From a virus, in UHGV virus genome UHGV-0020956: a stretch of 64,000 bases of DNA; one strand, 5' to 3'. The translations under genes and the position numbers were made by a program. Positions within the stretch are counted from its first letter, which is position 1. Each line of letters opens with the position of its first letter. The notes below the pieces were generated by a model, which ran no database searches, was not told the DNA's origin, and worked only from the letters and a program-made list of their open reading frames with translations. Below are positions 1 through 9,400 of this stretch, piece by piece.

Positions 1-194
1 TCACTTTGTAAAGAAATCATTGTAATTTTAATATCTTGAATAGTTTCATTTAAAGCAGTATTAGTTTTTACAACTTGTTCTGATAATTGCTGAATAAATT
101 TATGACTTTCTTGAAGTCTAGTAATATCTTGTGTATGTTCGTCTACTTTTAACTTAACCTCTCTTAAATCTTCTTTAATTTCATGTGCTGTCAT
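1..194 (-). CDS. partial ORF (N-terminus present, C-terminus beyond window start): coiled-coil protein, possibly XhlA-like lysis-associated
   Basis: ATG at 194 on minus strand; translation MTAHEIKEDLREVKLKVDEHTQDITRLQESHKFIQQLSEQV... heptad-rich; frame stays open to window edge. Confidence 0.3.
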   Translation of the reverse strand, partial: MTAHEIKEDLREVKLKVDEHTQDITRLQESHKFIQQLSEQVVKTNTALNETIQDIKITMISLQS

Positions 195-273
195 ATCTTC
201 CACAAATCTCACCTACTTTATCATAGCTTTGCCACTTCTTTCTTTTATTATCCGTCTATTCATTTCATTCCAA

Positions 274-654
274 TTAGTCACCACAAAGGTTAGCAAATAC
301 AATACCAGTAATTGCTCTTAAATCAGCTTTGTTCAAATTTCCAATATAATTCTTAAACCTTGACTTATCTACAGCACGAATTTGTTCTGCACAAGCAACA
401 CTATCGTCTATAAGAAATTTATTCTTTTCTTTAGACAATGTATAATGTGTGAGTAAATCTTCTCTTTTAACCTTAGAAGTTAAAGGTACTATGATTATGG
501 TAGGGCTATAAAAATTTCCAGTATCATTCTGCAAAATCAATACTGGTCTTACTCCACCTTGTTCTGAACCTTGGGTGTTTCTTAAATCTGCGTAATAAAC
601 TTCTCCCCTTTTGAATGTTCTTACATTATTGTTCATTGTTGTAAACATATTCAA
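274..654 (-). CDS. mazF: MazF/EndoA (PemK) family endoribonuclease toxin
   Basis: 126 aa; KRGEVYYADL..GSEQGGVRPVLILQNDTGN..SPTIIIVPLTS matches Bacillus EndoA/NdoA almost motif-for-motif. Confidence 0.85.
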   Translation of the reverse strand: MNMFTTMNNNVRTFKRGEVYYADLRNTQGSEQGGVRPVLILQNDTGNFYSPTIIIVPLTSKVKREDLLTHYTLSKEKNKFLIDDSVACAEQIRAVDKSRFKNYIGNLNKADLRAITGIVFANLCGD

Positions 655-730
655 TTCTCCTTATGTACTATATTTTTATATAACTTTCATATAACAAATA
701 TAGCACTTTTTATTTACAAAGTCAATGCTT

Positions 731-1123
731 TTATTTACCAAAGCCTTTATTTTTATTAATTCCATACCCATTTTTTGTTTTATATAAAGTTACATATTTA
801 GGTATAAAATCAAAAGGATTTTTCAATGTAATAACCATATTGTTCTCAACTTCAATATATAATTCGCCTTTCTTTTCAAAACGAACCCTTGAACTTTTTT
901 CTGGAATAATATATTCACTTTTTAATCTACAAGTATCTTGACTTGGTAGTGGTTTCCAACAATCTGACACATTACACCAACGAACAAAAGGACAAATATT
1001 ACCATTTTGTCTTTTACATAAAATTCTATCTCTGTTATCTATTTTACCAATATATGAATCTGGGCACAAAATAATCACTTCCTTTACAATATAGATTTTA
1101 AATATGTAAAATGCGTAGAGCAT
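731..1123 (-). CDS. hypothetical Cys-rich protein upstream of mazF (not a recognisable MazE)
   Basis: 130 aa ORF in operon position of an antitoxin but no MazE/AbrB or RHH-like features recognisable. Confidence 0.3.
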   Translation of the reverse strand: MLYAFYIFKIYIVKEVIILCPDSYIGKIDNRDRILCKRQNGNICPFVRWCNVSDCWKPLPSQDTCRLKSEYIIPEKSSRVRFEKKGELYIEVENNMVITLKNPFDFIPKYVTLYKTKNGYGINKNKGFGK

Positions 1124-1161
1124 ATTGCCCTACGCATATAAATACAAGCTAGTAACAGAGA

Positions 1162-2208
1162 TTAACCAACAGTTACATTAGCATAGCCTTCTACTGCTGT
1201 ATTCTTAGTGAGAACAGCGTGGATAGTGGTTGTACCAGTTGCTACACCCTCTACTTCGCCAGTTGCATCATCTACTTTAGCTGTGCCAGCAGCAGCACTT
1301 GTAAAAGTAACAGCAGTTGGGTCTACTAACTTAGGCAGAGCATTTCTGATAAGGGCATAAACCTTAATAGTTTCTTTCTCACTTGTCTGTAAATCAATAT
1401 CAGCCGGAGTTAAAGCTAATGCGTAAGCATCATTCTCCCACTGAGCAGTAGACAGAATTTCCTTAATAGTACCATAAATAGCTTCGTCACTACAACTAGA
1501 AGTTTCAGCAGAAGCCAGAGCAGAACCGTTAAGAGGTGTATTAGCCGCACCAGTCATACTCATAGAGATTTCTTGTGAACCGTTTAACATTAAACGCGGA
1601 ATATCAATCTGAACCTCACCAACTTTAGTAGTAGACGCTTCATTTGGATTAGTGCTACTACCTGCAAACAAAGTGCCAGTCATTACAGCATGAACGGTAG
1701 CAGGAATAAAGTTAGCACCTACTGTCAGCACTCTCATGGAATCATTGTTTACTACATACTTAACGCAATAAACATCACCAGACATAGCACCTGCAACAGT
1801 GATAATCTTATTGTTAAAAGTACCTTTAACCCATGTGGAGTCATTAGGCTTTTTGTACCAACCAATAGTACCAAAGTTACCAAATGCTACAGGAGTACCT
1901 GCCACAGTAATCTGTCCTGCGTCTGTTACAGTAACTTCTTCAACGGTTAAAGCACTGCCACCAATCGCAATATCAGAACCAATATTCTTTGCGATAAATT
2001 CAAGACGGAACATTACGTCAGTAAGAGTTACGTCCATTGTGGAAGAATGTGCATACTTACCATACAGTTTTGCACCCTGTCCACCACGAATATCCTCTAA
2101 GGATACATCAAAACTAAAAGTAGAATCTGTTAAAGTTTTTGCAGTAGCAAACAGTTCATCACCTACAAAAAGGTCAACATTTGCCACACCGGCTAAAAAA
2201 GCATCCAT
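1162..2208 (-). CDS. virion structural protein with C-terminal Ig-like (Big_2-type) domain; possible major tail or decoration protein
   Basis: 348 aa; C-terminal ~80 aa TVTSAAAGTAKV..TGTTTIHAVLTKNTAVEGYANVTV typical of bacterial Ig-like domains on phage tail/capsid proteins. Confidence 0.45.
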   Translation of the reverse strand: MDAFLAGVANVDLFVGDELFATAKTLTDSTFSFDVSLEDIRGGQGAKLYGKYAHSSTMDVTLTDVMFRLEFIAKNIGSDIAIGGSALTVEEVTVTDAGQITVAGTPVAFGNFGTIGWYKKPNDSTWVKGTFNNKIITVAGAMSGDVYCVKYVVNNDSMRVLTVGANFIPATVHAVMTGTLFAGSSTNPNEASTTKVGEVQIDIPRLMLNGSQEISMSMTGAANTPLNGSALASAETSSCSDEAIYGTIKEILSTAQWENDAYALALTPADIDLQTSEKETIKVYALIRNALPKLVDPTAVTFTSAAAGTAKVDDATGEVEGVATGTTTIHAVLTKNTAVEGYANVTVG

Positions 2209-2228
2209 TATATTACTCCTTTCATATT

Positions 2229-3029
2229 TCAGACATTTTTAAATCCTTGTCCAATATTCTTTTTATTTACAAAAGCATCTGCATATTTACCTTTCTTATT
2301 CTTATACGCAAAATGCTCTATAGGCTTTTTAAATTTTCCACCATTTGCTTCAAAATTTTTATTTACAATGTAATCAATCTGTTCAACAACAGCGTTAAAC
2401 AAAGATATAAAGCTATAAAAAGTCATTTCAAGCAAATCTTTCTTTAACATACCGTTATGTGCTGAAACAATAGATATTTTTCTTTCTAATGTTATAGGCT
2501 CTTTATTCTTATTCACCAAACTATAATATTCATCAACAGCTTTCTTATAATCTGGGTTTAAATCTCTTTCATCTTCATAATCATAGATATTCTGATATTG
2601 TATCAGTTGTATGATATTATCAAAATCTTTATAATCTATAATTACACCATTTATTTCAAGAATAAATTTACCTTTTTCATTAATCTTGATTTTAAACTGT
2701 TCTTCAATTTTATCAAGTCCAAAACATAACTCTATAATTCTGACAAACTGCCAATACCTCATAGAATGTTTCTCAACTTTTCCAAACAAATCTTGTCCTA
2801 AAACTATTTGTAAAAGAAACTGTAAATAAGAACTTTGAATGATTTCTATATCTTCAAATGTGTTTTTATCTATTGTAAGCACGTTATAACAGTTTACAAA
2901 ATCATTAGCTTCTTTTAACTTAACTGGATATAATGATATTACTTGTTTATGTCTAGTAACATAAGGGATAGGTTTATCCATTTCAATATAATTCCTATAA
3001 GGTGCTATATCAAATTTCATTAAACACAC
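2229..3029 (-). CDS. hypothetical protein (late operon)
   Basis: 266 aa ORF, compact spacing with neighbours. Confidence 0.4.
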   Translation of the reverse strand: MCLMKFDIAPYRNYIEMDKPIPYVTRHKQVISLYPVKLKEANDFVNCYNVLTIDKNTFEDIEIIQSSYLQFLLQIVLGQDLFGKVEKHSMRYWQFVRIIELCFGLDKIEEQFKIKINEKGKFILEINGVIIDYKDFDNIIQLIQYQNIYDYEDERDLNPDYKKAVDEYYSLVNKNKEPITLERKISIVSAHNGMLKKDLLEMTFYSFISLFNAVVEQIDYIVNKNFEANGGKFKKPIEHFAYKNKKGKYADAFVNKKNIGQGFKNV

Positions 3030-3583
3030 CCCTCACTTATACTGCCAATCTGAACAGCCATAAATATACTTGCACCATTATAATTTCTTGTATTATTCAA
3101 AGCCGCCCTAGACCTACAATACTGTGATAGTTCTGCGTTAAACTGGAATTGTCCAACACCGTCCATGGCATAAGAACCATTAAGTGTTTTCATAATCTCA
3201 GTTTCCATAACGTCAGCCCTATTACAAGGAATACCATTATAGTCCACAATAGCAATTTTGTCCCCAAATAAAACATCAAATTCATACACAACGGTACATA
3301 AATAAGGGTTTATTGGATAACTGTCATACTTAAAGCATTTCAATATGGTTGTTGCATCATATTGCATATTTTCAACTAAAGGATTTAAAAATATCCTATA
3401 TTTTTGTTGTTGGTCTTGATTTTTATAAATCATTCCCATTTTTTCCTCGAATGTAAGATTAGGTTTACTTAAACAATCATAAGTGCCATACTTAAGAAGT
3501 TTAAATATATTTTCATTGTTTTGAGCCAATGTCATTATAATTTTATAAGGGACATATGGCAAATTTACAAAATTATTAAACAT
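3020..3583 (-). CDS. hypothetical protein (late operon)
   Basis: 187 aa ORF overlapping stop/start with neighbour. Confidence 0.4.
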   Translation of the reverse strand: MFNNFVNLPYVPYKIIMTLAQNNENIFKLLKYGTYDCLSKPNLTFEEKMGMIYKNQDQQQKYRIFLNPLVENMQYDATTILKCFKYDSYPINPYLCTVVYEFDVLFGDKIAIVDYNGIPCNRADVMETEIMKTLNGSYAMDGVGQFQFNAELSQYCRSRAALNNTRNYNGASIFMAVQIGSISEGCV

Positions 3584-3599
3584 TTACGCACACTCCTTT

Positions 3600-4877
3600 T
3601 TAAAACGCTGACACTAGCTTAATTTCTTTTTGTAATGTCAAATCATCAGCTTCTATTGTCAAAATTAATAAATCAGACGTAGGTTTTATACAAGTTAAAG
3701 CATATGTATTATCTGATTTAGATAAATTATAATACCCTTGTTTAACACCAGTCGCAGTTACAGTAACATCAACATTTTGTTTAACACCGTTAATCATCAG
3801 CATTGGTTCAAAAATTTGAACACTGCCTTGACGTACTTGCGTGAAAACAGGGGTTATAACAATCTCTTTTTTCTCAACCACAGTTTCTACCACAGTGCAT
3901 ACTGCTTCGTCTTGTACTGTCTTGTACTGACTGGTAGCCACATGAAATTCAATTTTAGACCCTATTTCAACCTCTGCTGAAATTTGATAATTGCCATTTT
4001 CGTCTATTGTTGCACTTTCAGACGGTACAGCCCACCATTGTAAAGGAATAGACAGTCGCTCATTGTCCCTCATTACAATAGCTTGTAACCTACCGCTACC
4101 ACCTTGTACCACCTCAAATTCACCATCTTGTATCATAATCGAAAAAGTATGCTCATAACGATTAGCCACATTATTTTCAGTATCATCAGACGGTTGAATT
4201 TCATCAAGATATAAATCTATATAAAGAATAGTAGTATCTTGGTCTATATAACTATTCTGCATATAATTATTATATCCAGTAATTTTAAAAGGTCTACCGT
4301 TAAAAATAAACCTTTTATTCTGTTTCCACTTGATTGTTTCCTTGTTTCCTTGTACAATCATTACAACATGGTTATCTGGCGTAACAATATCTTCCATGTA
4401 CTTAGGCGATGGTGAAGTAGGTGTATAGTCCAAAATACAAGGTACTGATATAATATCACCAGTATTTTCGTCTACATATTTTGCAAGATTATTACAACGT
4501 CTAACAACAACAGCTTCGGAAACACTGTTATAGTTATCTGTGTAAGTAGTAATCCAAAAGTTGTCATCAAATTGATATAATAATCCTCTAGTATTTCTAT
4601 CGGAAGAACCATTTTCTTGAATAATATCTTTGAAAATTAACTTTCTGAAATCATCACCGTTTTTACGTCCGGTGCTTGTTTCCTCTATAACATGATTTAT
4701 ATAAACCTCAATAGGATTAAATTCAAAAGAACCTATTTCAGTTTCTTCGCCTACGCCATACTGCACAGTAGTATTATCCCATTGAAAATTAACCAATGCT
4801 TGCATATCGTTTCTATACTTACTGTTAGGGGTCATAGCCAGACCCTCTAGGTAAGCACCATAATAAGTTAATGCCAT
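3600..4877 (-). CDS. hypothetical structural protein (possible tail/receptor-binding component)
   Basis: 425 aa ORF in structural operon; no recognisable motif. Confidence 0.35.
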   Translation of the reverse strand: MALTYYGAYLEGLAMTPNSKYRNDMQALVNFQWDNTTVQYGVGEETEIGSFEFNPIEVYINHVIEETSTGRKNGDDFRKLIFKDIIQENGSSDRNTRGLLYQFDDNFWITTYTDNYNSVSEAVVVRRCNNLAKYVDENTGDIISVPCILDYTPTSPSPKYMEDIVTPDNHVVMIVQGNKETIKWKQNKRFIFNGRPFKITGYNNYMQNSYIDQDTTILYIDLYLDEIQPSDDTENNVANRYEHTFSIMIQDGEFEVVQGGSGRLQAIVMRDNERLSIPLQWWAVPSESATIDENGNYQISAEVEIGSKIEFHVATSQYKTVQDEAVCTVVETVVEKKEIVITPVFTQVRQGSVQIFEPMLMINGVKQNVDVTVTATGVKQGYYNLSKSDNTYALTCIKPTSDLLILTIEADDLTLQKEIKLVSAF

Positions 4878-4892
4878 GGCTATGCCCTCCTT

Positions 4893-5129
4893 TTATTTTA
4901 CTAAATCTATTGCTTGAAAAATAGAAGCCTTTACCATATAATGTGTAGCTTCTGTTCCTAATTTGTTTAAACCTCTTATAATAATAATAACTTGTTCGTT
5001 TATCTCATTTTTCTTTACACCGTTTAGCCAGACTAATAAGGTTTCTAAATATTTATAATAATCTTCCCTTGAAGTTTCATAAATACATAAAGCCTTATAT
5101 AATTTTCCGATAATTAAACTTTTATTCAT
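4893..5129 (-). CDS. hypothetical small protein
   Basis: 78 aa ORF, start overlaps upstream gene stop. Confidence 0.3.
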   Translation of the reverse strand: MNKSLIIGKLYKALCIYETSREDYYKYLETLLVWLNGVKKNEINEQVIIIIRGLNKLGTEATHYMVKASIFQAIDLVK

Positions 5130-5575
5130 TAAAACACCAACTGCAAGTCTTTTATTTTGTCTATATTATCATTTTGATAATCCAAACTATCTTGCTTTAT
5201 CTTTTCTCTCATTCTATCCAGATATTCAGATTTAGCGTCCAGATTATTTGCTTCTGCATAATGTTTAAAGTCTGTATTAGTAAGGTGTAAATTAAATTGA
5301 GTAACATCATTAACATTGGTTTCAAACCATGTATATACGAACCAATCTGCTAATATACTTTGTTCTTTCAAAGTTAATTCATTAGCAAATTCTCTGGTTT
5401 CCATATCGTAATCAAGAGGTTGTAAACATTCAACAAATTTAGGTATAGATTTAATTAACATTCCATCAGTATATTTTTGAAAATCATCAGCACTTTTTTC
5501 GTAAAGTTTATCCAATTTGTAGTCACGAATAATAATTAATGCTAAGTCTTTTATACTATCAAAGGAAGTAGCCAT
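5129..5575 (-). CDS. hypothetical protein
   Basis: 148 aa ORF with RBS. Confidence 0.4.
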   Translation of the reverse strand: MATSFDSIKDLALIIIRDYKLDKLYEKSADDFQKYTDGMLIKSIPKFVECLQPLDYDMETREFANELTLKEQSILADWFVYTWFETNVNDVTQFNLHLTNTDFKHYAEANNLDAKSEYLDRMREKIKQDSLDYQNDNIDKIKDLQLVF

Positions 5576-5599
5576 AATGTTTCACCTCCTTTTCATTAA

Positions 5600-6262
5600 T
5601 TATTCAGCTTCAATTCCAACAAAATCAATTCCAGTAAGTTCACCAAGCTTAATCAGAATATTTGCATCAACTTCAATTCCTTGTGTACGCTTATTCTTAA
5701 TCATTTCAACAATGGTTTCTTTCTGACCTCTTGGAGCCATATTGTATAAATCAATGATTTTATTTGCATCATTATTGAAAATATTCTCAATAATATCTGG
5801 CGGTAACATCTTATTATATTCAGACGTTTTTCTTAATTTCTTAACAACTTCTTCATCAGCAATATAGAAATATCCCTCATTGGCGAATCTCTGATTATGT
5901 TGTACAATATCTTTCAAATCACCAAATGGTATATCCATAATCTGTCCAAAATCAGTAAAGGTATAAATATTTCCTTGACCTCTACCTTGTGTTGCTAAAT
6001 TTAACTCGCCTTGACACATACTTACAACTGGCACTTCAACTTCGAGGTAATTGTAAAACCTATCGTTACCAGACGGTACAGACTGGGTAACTCCTTGTGT
6101 CTTAACCTTTCCCTCTAAATCATTAAGTCTGTTCATAAGTGCTTCAAATTGCTCTGTACTAAGTGTTACCGTATTAGCAGATTTTTCTTCTACATTTTCT
6201 GTTACAGTTTCCTCAACAATAGGTGCTGTAGCAGTCTTTTTTGTTGTTTTTGCGGTTGCCAT
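5600..6262 (-). CDS. hypothetical protein (virion-associated?)
   Basis: 220 aa ORF, N-terminal Thr/Lys-rich low-complexity tail. Confidence 0.4.
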   Translation of the reverse strand: MATAKTTKKTATAPIVEETVTENVEEKSANTVTLSTEQFEALMNRLNDLEGKVKTQGVTQSVPSGNDRFYNYLEVEVPVVSMCQGELNLATQGRGQGNIYTFTDFGQIMDIPFGDLKDIVQHNQRFANEGYFYIADEEVVKKLRKTSEYNKMLPPDIIENIFNNDANKIIDLYNMAPRGQKETIVEMIKNKRTQGIEVDANILIKLGELTGIDFVGIEAE

Positions 6263-6364
6263 ATCGTTTCTTTCCTTTCATTCATTTTATTCGTTAAAAA
6301 AGAAATGCCAAGAAAGCATAAAACTTCCTTGGCATTTTTTATTATATTTTTGCACAAGACAAAG

Positions 6365-7558
6365 TTATTGCTTGTTCTTAACATCTAATACAATTTCTGC
6401 GTGATTTTTCCCTTGAAGTAAAGAATCTATTGCTTCTACAAGTTGTTGTTCTGTAGGAATTTCAAAATTTCCTTTTACTCGTAAAATTTTATAACCTTTA
6501 CTTCTAACGAAATAATCTCTTCTTATATCTCTTTTCTTATTTACTTCTAAATTGTGCCAATATTCTCCATCATATTCAATATCTATTTTTTCGCCTTGTG
6601 TTTCCAATAAGCAATCAAAAACCGCTCTTTCTAAAACAAAACCAAATATAACTTTACAATTTGGATAGGTTTCTTTTACAAGTTCACAAAGTTTCTTTTC
6701 TGGCTTAGAAGAACGAACATTACCATTTTCTGCCATAGATTCTATTGCTTTTTGCCTCATCTCTGGAACTTGTAAAATATAAGGTTTGCCATATTTTTTT
6801 AAAACAGTTTGTACCGCTTTATTCCTTGTTTCTAAAGATTCAAAAGCACTTTTTCTACCATATCTTTCTAAATTAGTTAATAATGCTCTTTCTCTTATTT
6901 CTGAAACTTGCATAGCATTTGGTTTACCATATTTTTCAATCATAGTTTTTTGTGCTTTTTCTTTTACTTCTGGTATTTGCATTGCATAAGGTTTTCCATA
7001 TTTATTCAAATTATTTTGAACTATTTTTTCTTTTACTTTAGAAGAAGCAAAAACATTAGAAACACCATATTTCTCTAAATTAGTTTGCTCAATTCTTTCT
7101 TTTATTTCAGGAATTTGTAATACACAACGCTTTCCATATTTTTCTAAATTAGTTTTTTCTATTTTCTTTTGAATATCTTTATTTTGAGCAGGAAAATCTA
7201 CTCCATATTTTTCTCTATTTGTATTTTTTAATTTTTCTTGTACACCTTCTATCCCCATAGGATTTGTTGTACCATATCTTTCCAAAAAAGTATTTTCTCT
7301 TTTTATTTGTGAACATTTTTTGCAATATAACTTACCGTCTTTTTCAGTATTTCTTAAATACCCAACATAAGTAATATTTAACTTTTTCCCACAAATATCA
7401 CAAAACGCTATTATTCTTTTTTGAGAAGAAGGAGGTAAATCTTTGAGTTTAACTTTAAATTTATCAAATCTTTTGGTATATTTATACCCTTTTTCAATAT
7501 AATAATTAAAATTTCTTCCTGCCCAAGTCATTTCAATTTCTTGGTTTTCGTCCATCAT
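6365..7558 (-). CDS. free-standing homing endonuclease-like protein: Zn-ribbon, 8 tandem ~23-aa KYG repeats, C-terminal Vsr/DUF559-like (EDxHD-type) nuclease domain
   Basis: 397 aa; repeats TNLEKYG[KV]..Q[IV]PE[VI]KEK; C-term IDIEYDGEYWH..RRD..KGYKILRV resembles DUF559/Vsr PD-(D/E)xK fold; architecture like I-Bth0305I-type enzymes. Confidence 0.55.
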   Translation of the reverse strand: MMDENQEIEMTWAGRNFNYYIEKGYKYTKRFDKFKVKLKDLPPSSQKRIIAFCDICGKKLNITYVGYLRNTEKDGKLYCKKCSQIKRENTFLERYGTTNPMGIEGVQEKLKNTNREKYGVDFPAQNKDIQKKIEKTNLEKYGKRCVLQIPEIKERIEQTNLEKYGVSNVFASSKVKEKIVQNNLNKYGKPYAMQIPEVKEKAQKTMIEKYGKPNAMQVSEIRERALLTNLERYGRKSAFESLETRNKAVQTVLKKYGKPYILQVPEMRQKAIESMAENGNVRSSKPEKKLCELVKETYPNCKVIFGFVLERAVFDCLLETQGEKIDIEYDGEYWHNLEVNKKRDIRRDYFVRSKGYKILRVKGNFEIPTEQQLVEAIDSLLQGKNHAEIVLDVKNKQ

Positions 7559-7596
7559 AAAATTTACCTCCTACTTGACAATCAATTTAGACAAAT

Positions 7597-7655
7597 TTTG
7601 TTAATCATATATCTTTATTATAAATTATACCATAATAATCATAATAAAGATATAT
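7597..7655 (-). terminator. perfect 15-bp inverted repeat downstream of capsid gene (likely terminator hairpin)
   Basis: atatatctttattat ... ataataaagatatat immediately 3' of the 7672-8781 gene on minus strand. Confidence 0.5.
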
Positions 7656-7671
7656 GAATTTTATACAAAAA

Positions 7672-8781
7672 TTAATCTAATTTTATCATTGCGGCTGTTG
7701 AGTTTGACACGAACTCACACGCCCAACTCTTATTAATAGTGGTGTTAGATGTAAGATTTGCGTTATCGTAGTAGTTATTTCCGTTGCTAAGTTGGGTTCC
7801 CTCTAATACCATTTTAACTAACTTATCTGTAGATGGAGATACAACATAAATCTTCTTATCATCAAGTGCCAGAGAATACTTAGAGTAATCACCAGTAGCA
7901 ACCTGAGGAAGTACCATAATATCATAGTCAAAGAAGTTCTTGATAAGCTGAATACTCTGGGAGTTACTATCTGTTACGATTCTGTAACCATTAGCGGCAT
8001 TTGGAATAATCTTAGATAACGCAAGTGCGGTACCTACGATTACAGCTTTGTCACCCTGATTATAAGCAGTTACAGTCTGACACAGACCAAGCAGAGTGTC
8101 CTGTGTATAGCCAGTCTTAACTAAAGCTGTAGGATAAGTAGCCGCAGTTAAACCTGCGTTCAGTGCATTGTAAGCGTCCAGAGAGAAAGCAGTTTCCATA
8201 GAGCGAACAGCAGTTCTTACAAACTCTGCTAAATTCTCCTTACCTGCCAGAACCTTATACAGAGAAGCATAAACAGTAATGTTATGGTTTACTGGAATAA
8301 GTGTCTTGTTTGCACTAAACTGCTTCTGACGGATAGTGGTTCTCTGACCATGCGCGCCAGTAGAAACAGTCATTAATGCTCTTGGCTTAATCTCAAACTG
8401 TGCAGAATCACCCCAAGCCACATTACGAACCTCGGTATACAGACCAATAGAACGAATAATAGTTTCTGGTAATACTGCTTGAATTAACATATCAACAACA
8501 GCAAAAGCCGCCCACTGCATCATTGGATTAGCGACTAAATGCATAGGCTGAATATCTTCTGGCAGATTGCAACCTGCAAATCTCTGAACCTCGCCTAAGA
8601 AAGACTTGTTAATCTTATCTTCCTTTTCACTCAGAGAAACGGAATTATCAAAATCACCTAATTCCTTTTTATTTACCTTAGACATGTAATGGAAATAATA
8701 ATCTCTGAATCTGTCTACAAATTTTAAAGTGTCCTCATTACCATTAGAGAACTTAATAATGGATAAATCCTTAATAGCCAT
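7672..8781 (-). CDS. major capsid protein (candidate)
   Basis: 369 aa; position after scaffold-like and small head gene; strong RBS; followed by terminator; size typical of HK97-fold MCP. Confidence 0.55.
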   Translation of the reverse strand: MAIKDLSIIKFSNGNEDTLKFVDRFRDYYFHYMSKVNKKELGDFDNSVSLSEKEDKINKSFLGEVQRFAGCNLPEDIQPMHLVANPMMQWAAFAVVDMLIQAVLPETIIRSIGLYTEVRNVAWGDSAQFEIKPRALMTVSTGAHGQRTTIRQKQFSANKTLIPVNHNITVYASLYKVLAGKENLAEFVRTAVRSMETAFSLDAYNALNAGLTAATYPTALVKTGYTQDTLLGLCQTVTAYNQGDKAVIVGTALALSKIIPNAANGYRIVTDSNSQSIQLIKNFFDYDIMVLPQVATGDYSKYSLALDDKKIYVVSPSTDKLVKMVLEGTQLSNGNNYYDNANLTSNTTINKSWACEFVSNSTAAMIKLD

Positions 8782-8817
8782 ATTTCAAAAATCCCCTTTC
8801 TAATATATACTCAATAA

Positions 8818-9366
8818 TTACTGAACTCTTTCAAGAATCCAACCTGCTTCACTATCAGTACCAATAGCAAAAGGCATAGCTTTACGGATAGCAAATCTTA
8901 AACCTGCATAAGCACTTGTAGCTTCTGCAAGAGCCTTCCAACCTGTACCTGCGGTATATTCTACATACTTAGCTGTAGCACCAACGGTAGCAGGGTCTTG
9001 TGCGTTTGCGAAGAACGGTGTAGAAAGCTGTACACAATCACCAATCTGTACAGAAAATACATCAAATTCTGTATTCTTAACATTGGTGTAGTTTCTTGGG
9101 TCAACACTAATACCCTTGTACAGTAAAGTACCGTCAGCAAGTACGTTTACTTCTGGGGCGCAAGCCATCCAATACTGAGCATGTTTACCTGCATCACCTA
9201 AAGGAGTAGCTGTCCATACAAATTCTTTACCTGCTGTTTCACTAAAGCCACTTTCAAGAGTAACTACAGTACCGTTCATAACATCAGTATCACAAATAGC
9301 ACTACGATTATAAGCGTCTACGTTATCAGCCGCAATTCTGGATAAAACTAAAACTGTATTAGCCAT
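8818..9366 (-). CDS. hypothetical head protein (decoration/accessory?)
   Basis: 182 aa ORF between scaffold-like gene and capsid gene. Confidence 0.35.
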   Translation of the reverse strand: MANTVLVLSRIAADNVDAYNRSAICDTDVMNGTVVTLESGFSETAGKEFVWTATPLGDAGKHAQYWMACAPEVNVLADGTLLYKGISVDPRNYTNVKNTEFDVFSVQIGDCVQLSTPFFANAQDPATVGATAKYVEYTAGTGWKALAEATSAYAGLRFAIRKAMPFAIGTDSEAGWILERVQ

Positions 9367-9400
9367 ATTCTAATTACCTCACTTTTCTTATTATTTTTTA

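Noticed and set aside
1690-2242. Antisense ORFs embedded in longer genes (e.g. 1690-1950, 1799-2242, 3738-3980, 9516-9782, 10061-10297, 15363-15551, 27163-27423, 28018-28546, 39264-39824, 40452-41029, 43232-43480, 46095-46400, 47208-47665, 52155-52518, 57010-57303, 57518-57733, 60394-60639)
   Set aside because: Each lies opposite a longer ORF with recognisable motifs and/or a strong RBS. They are low-complexity and lack RBS, which is typical of AT-rich shadow frames.
6149-6388. Small overlapping ORFs at the 5600-6262 / 6365-7558 gene boundary
   Set aside because: They are shorter than 80 aa, overlap the ends of stronger genes and show no translation signals.
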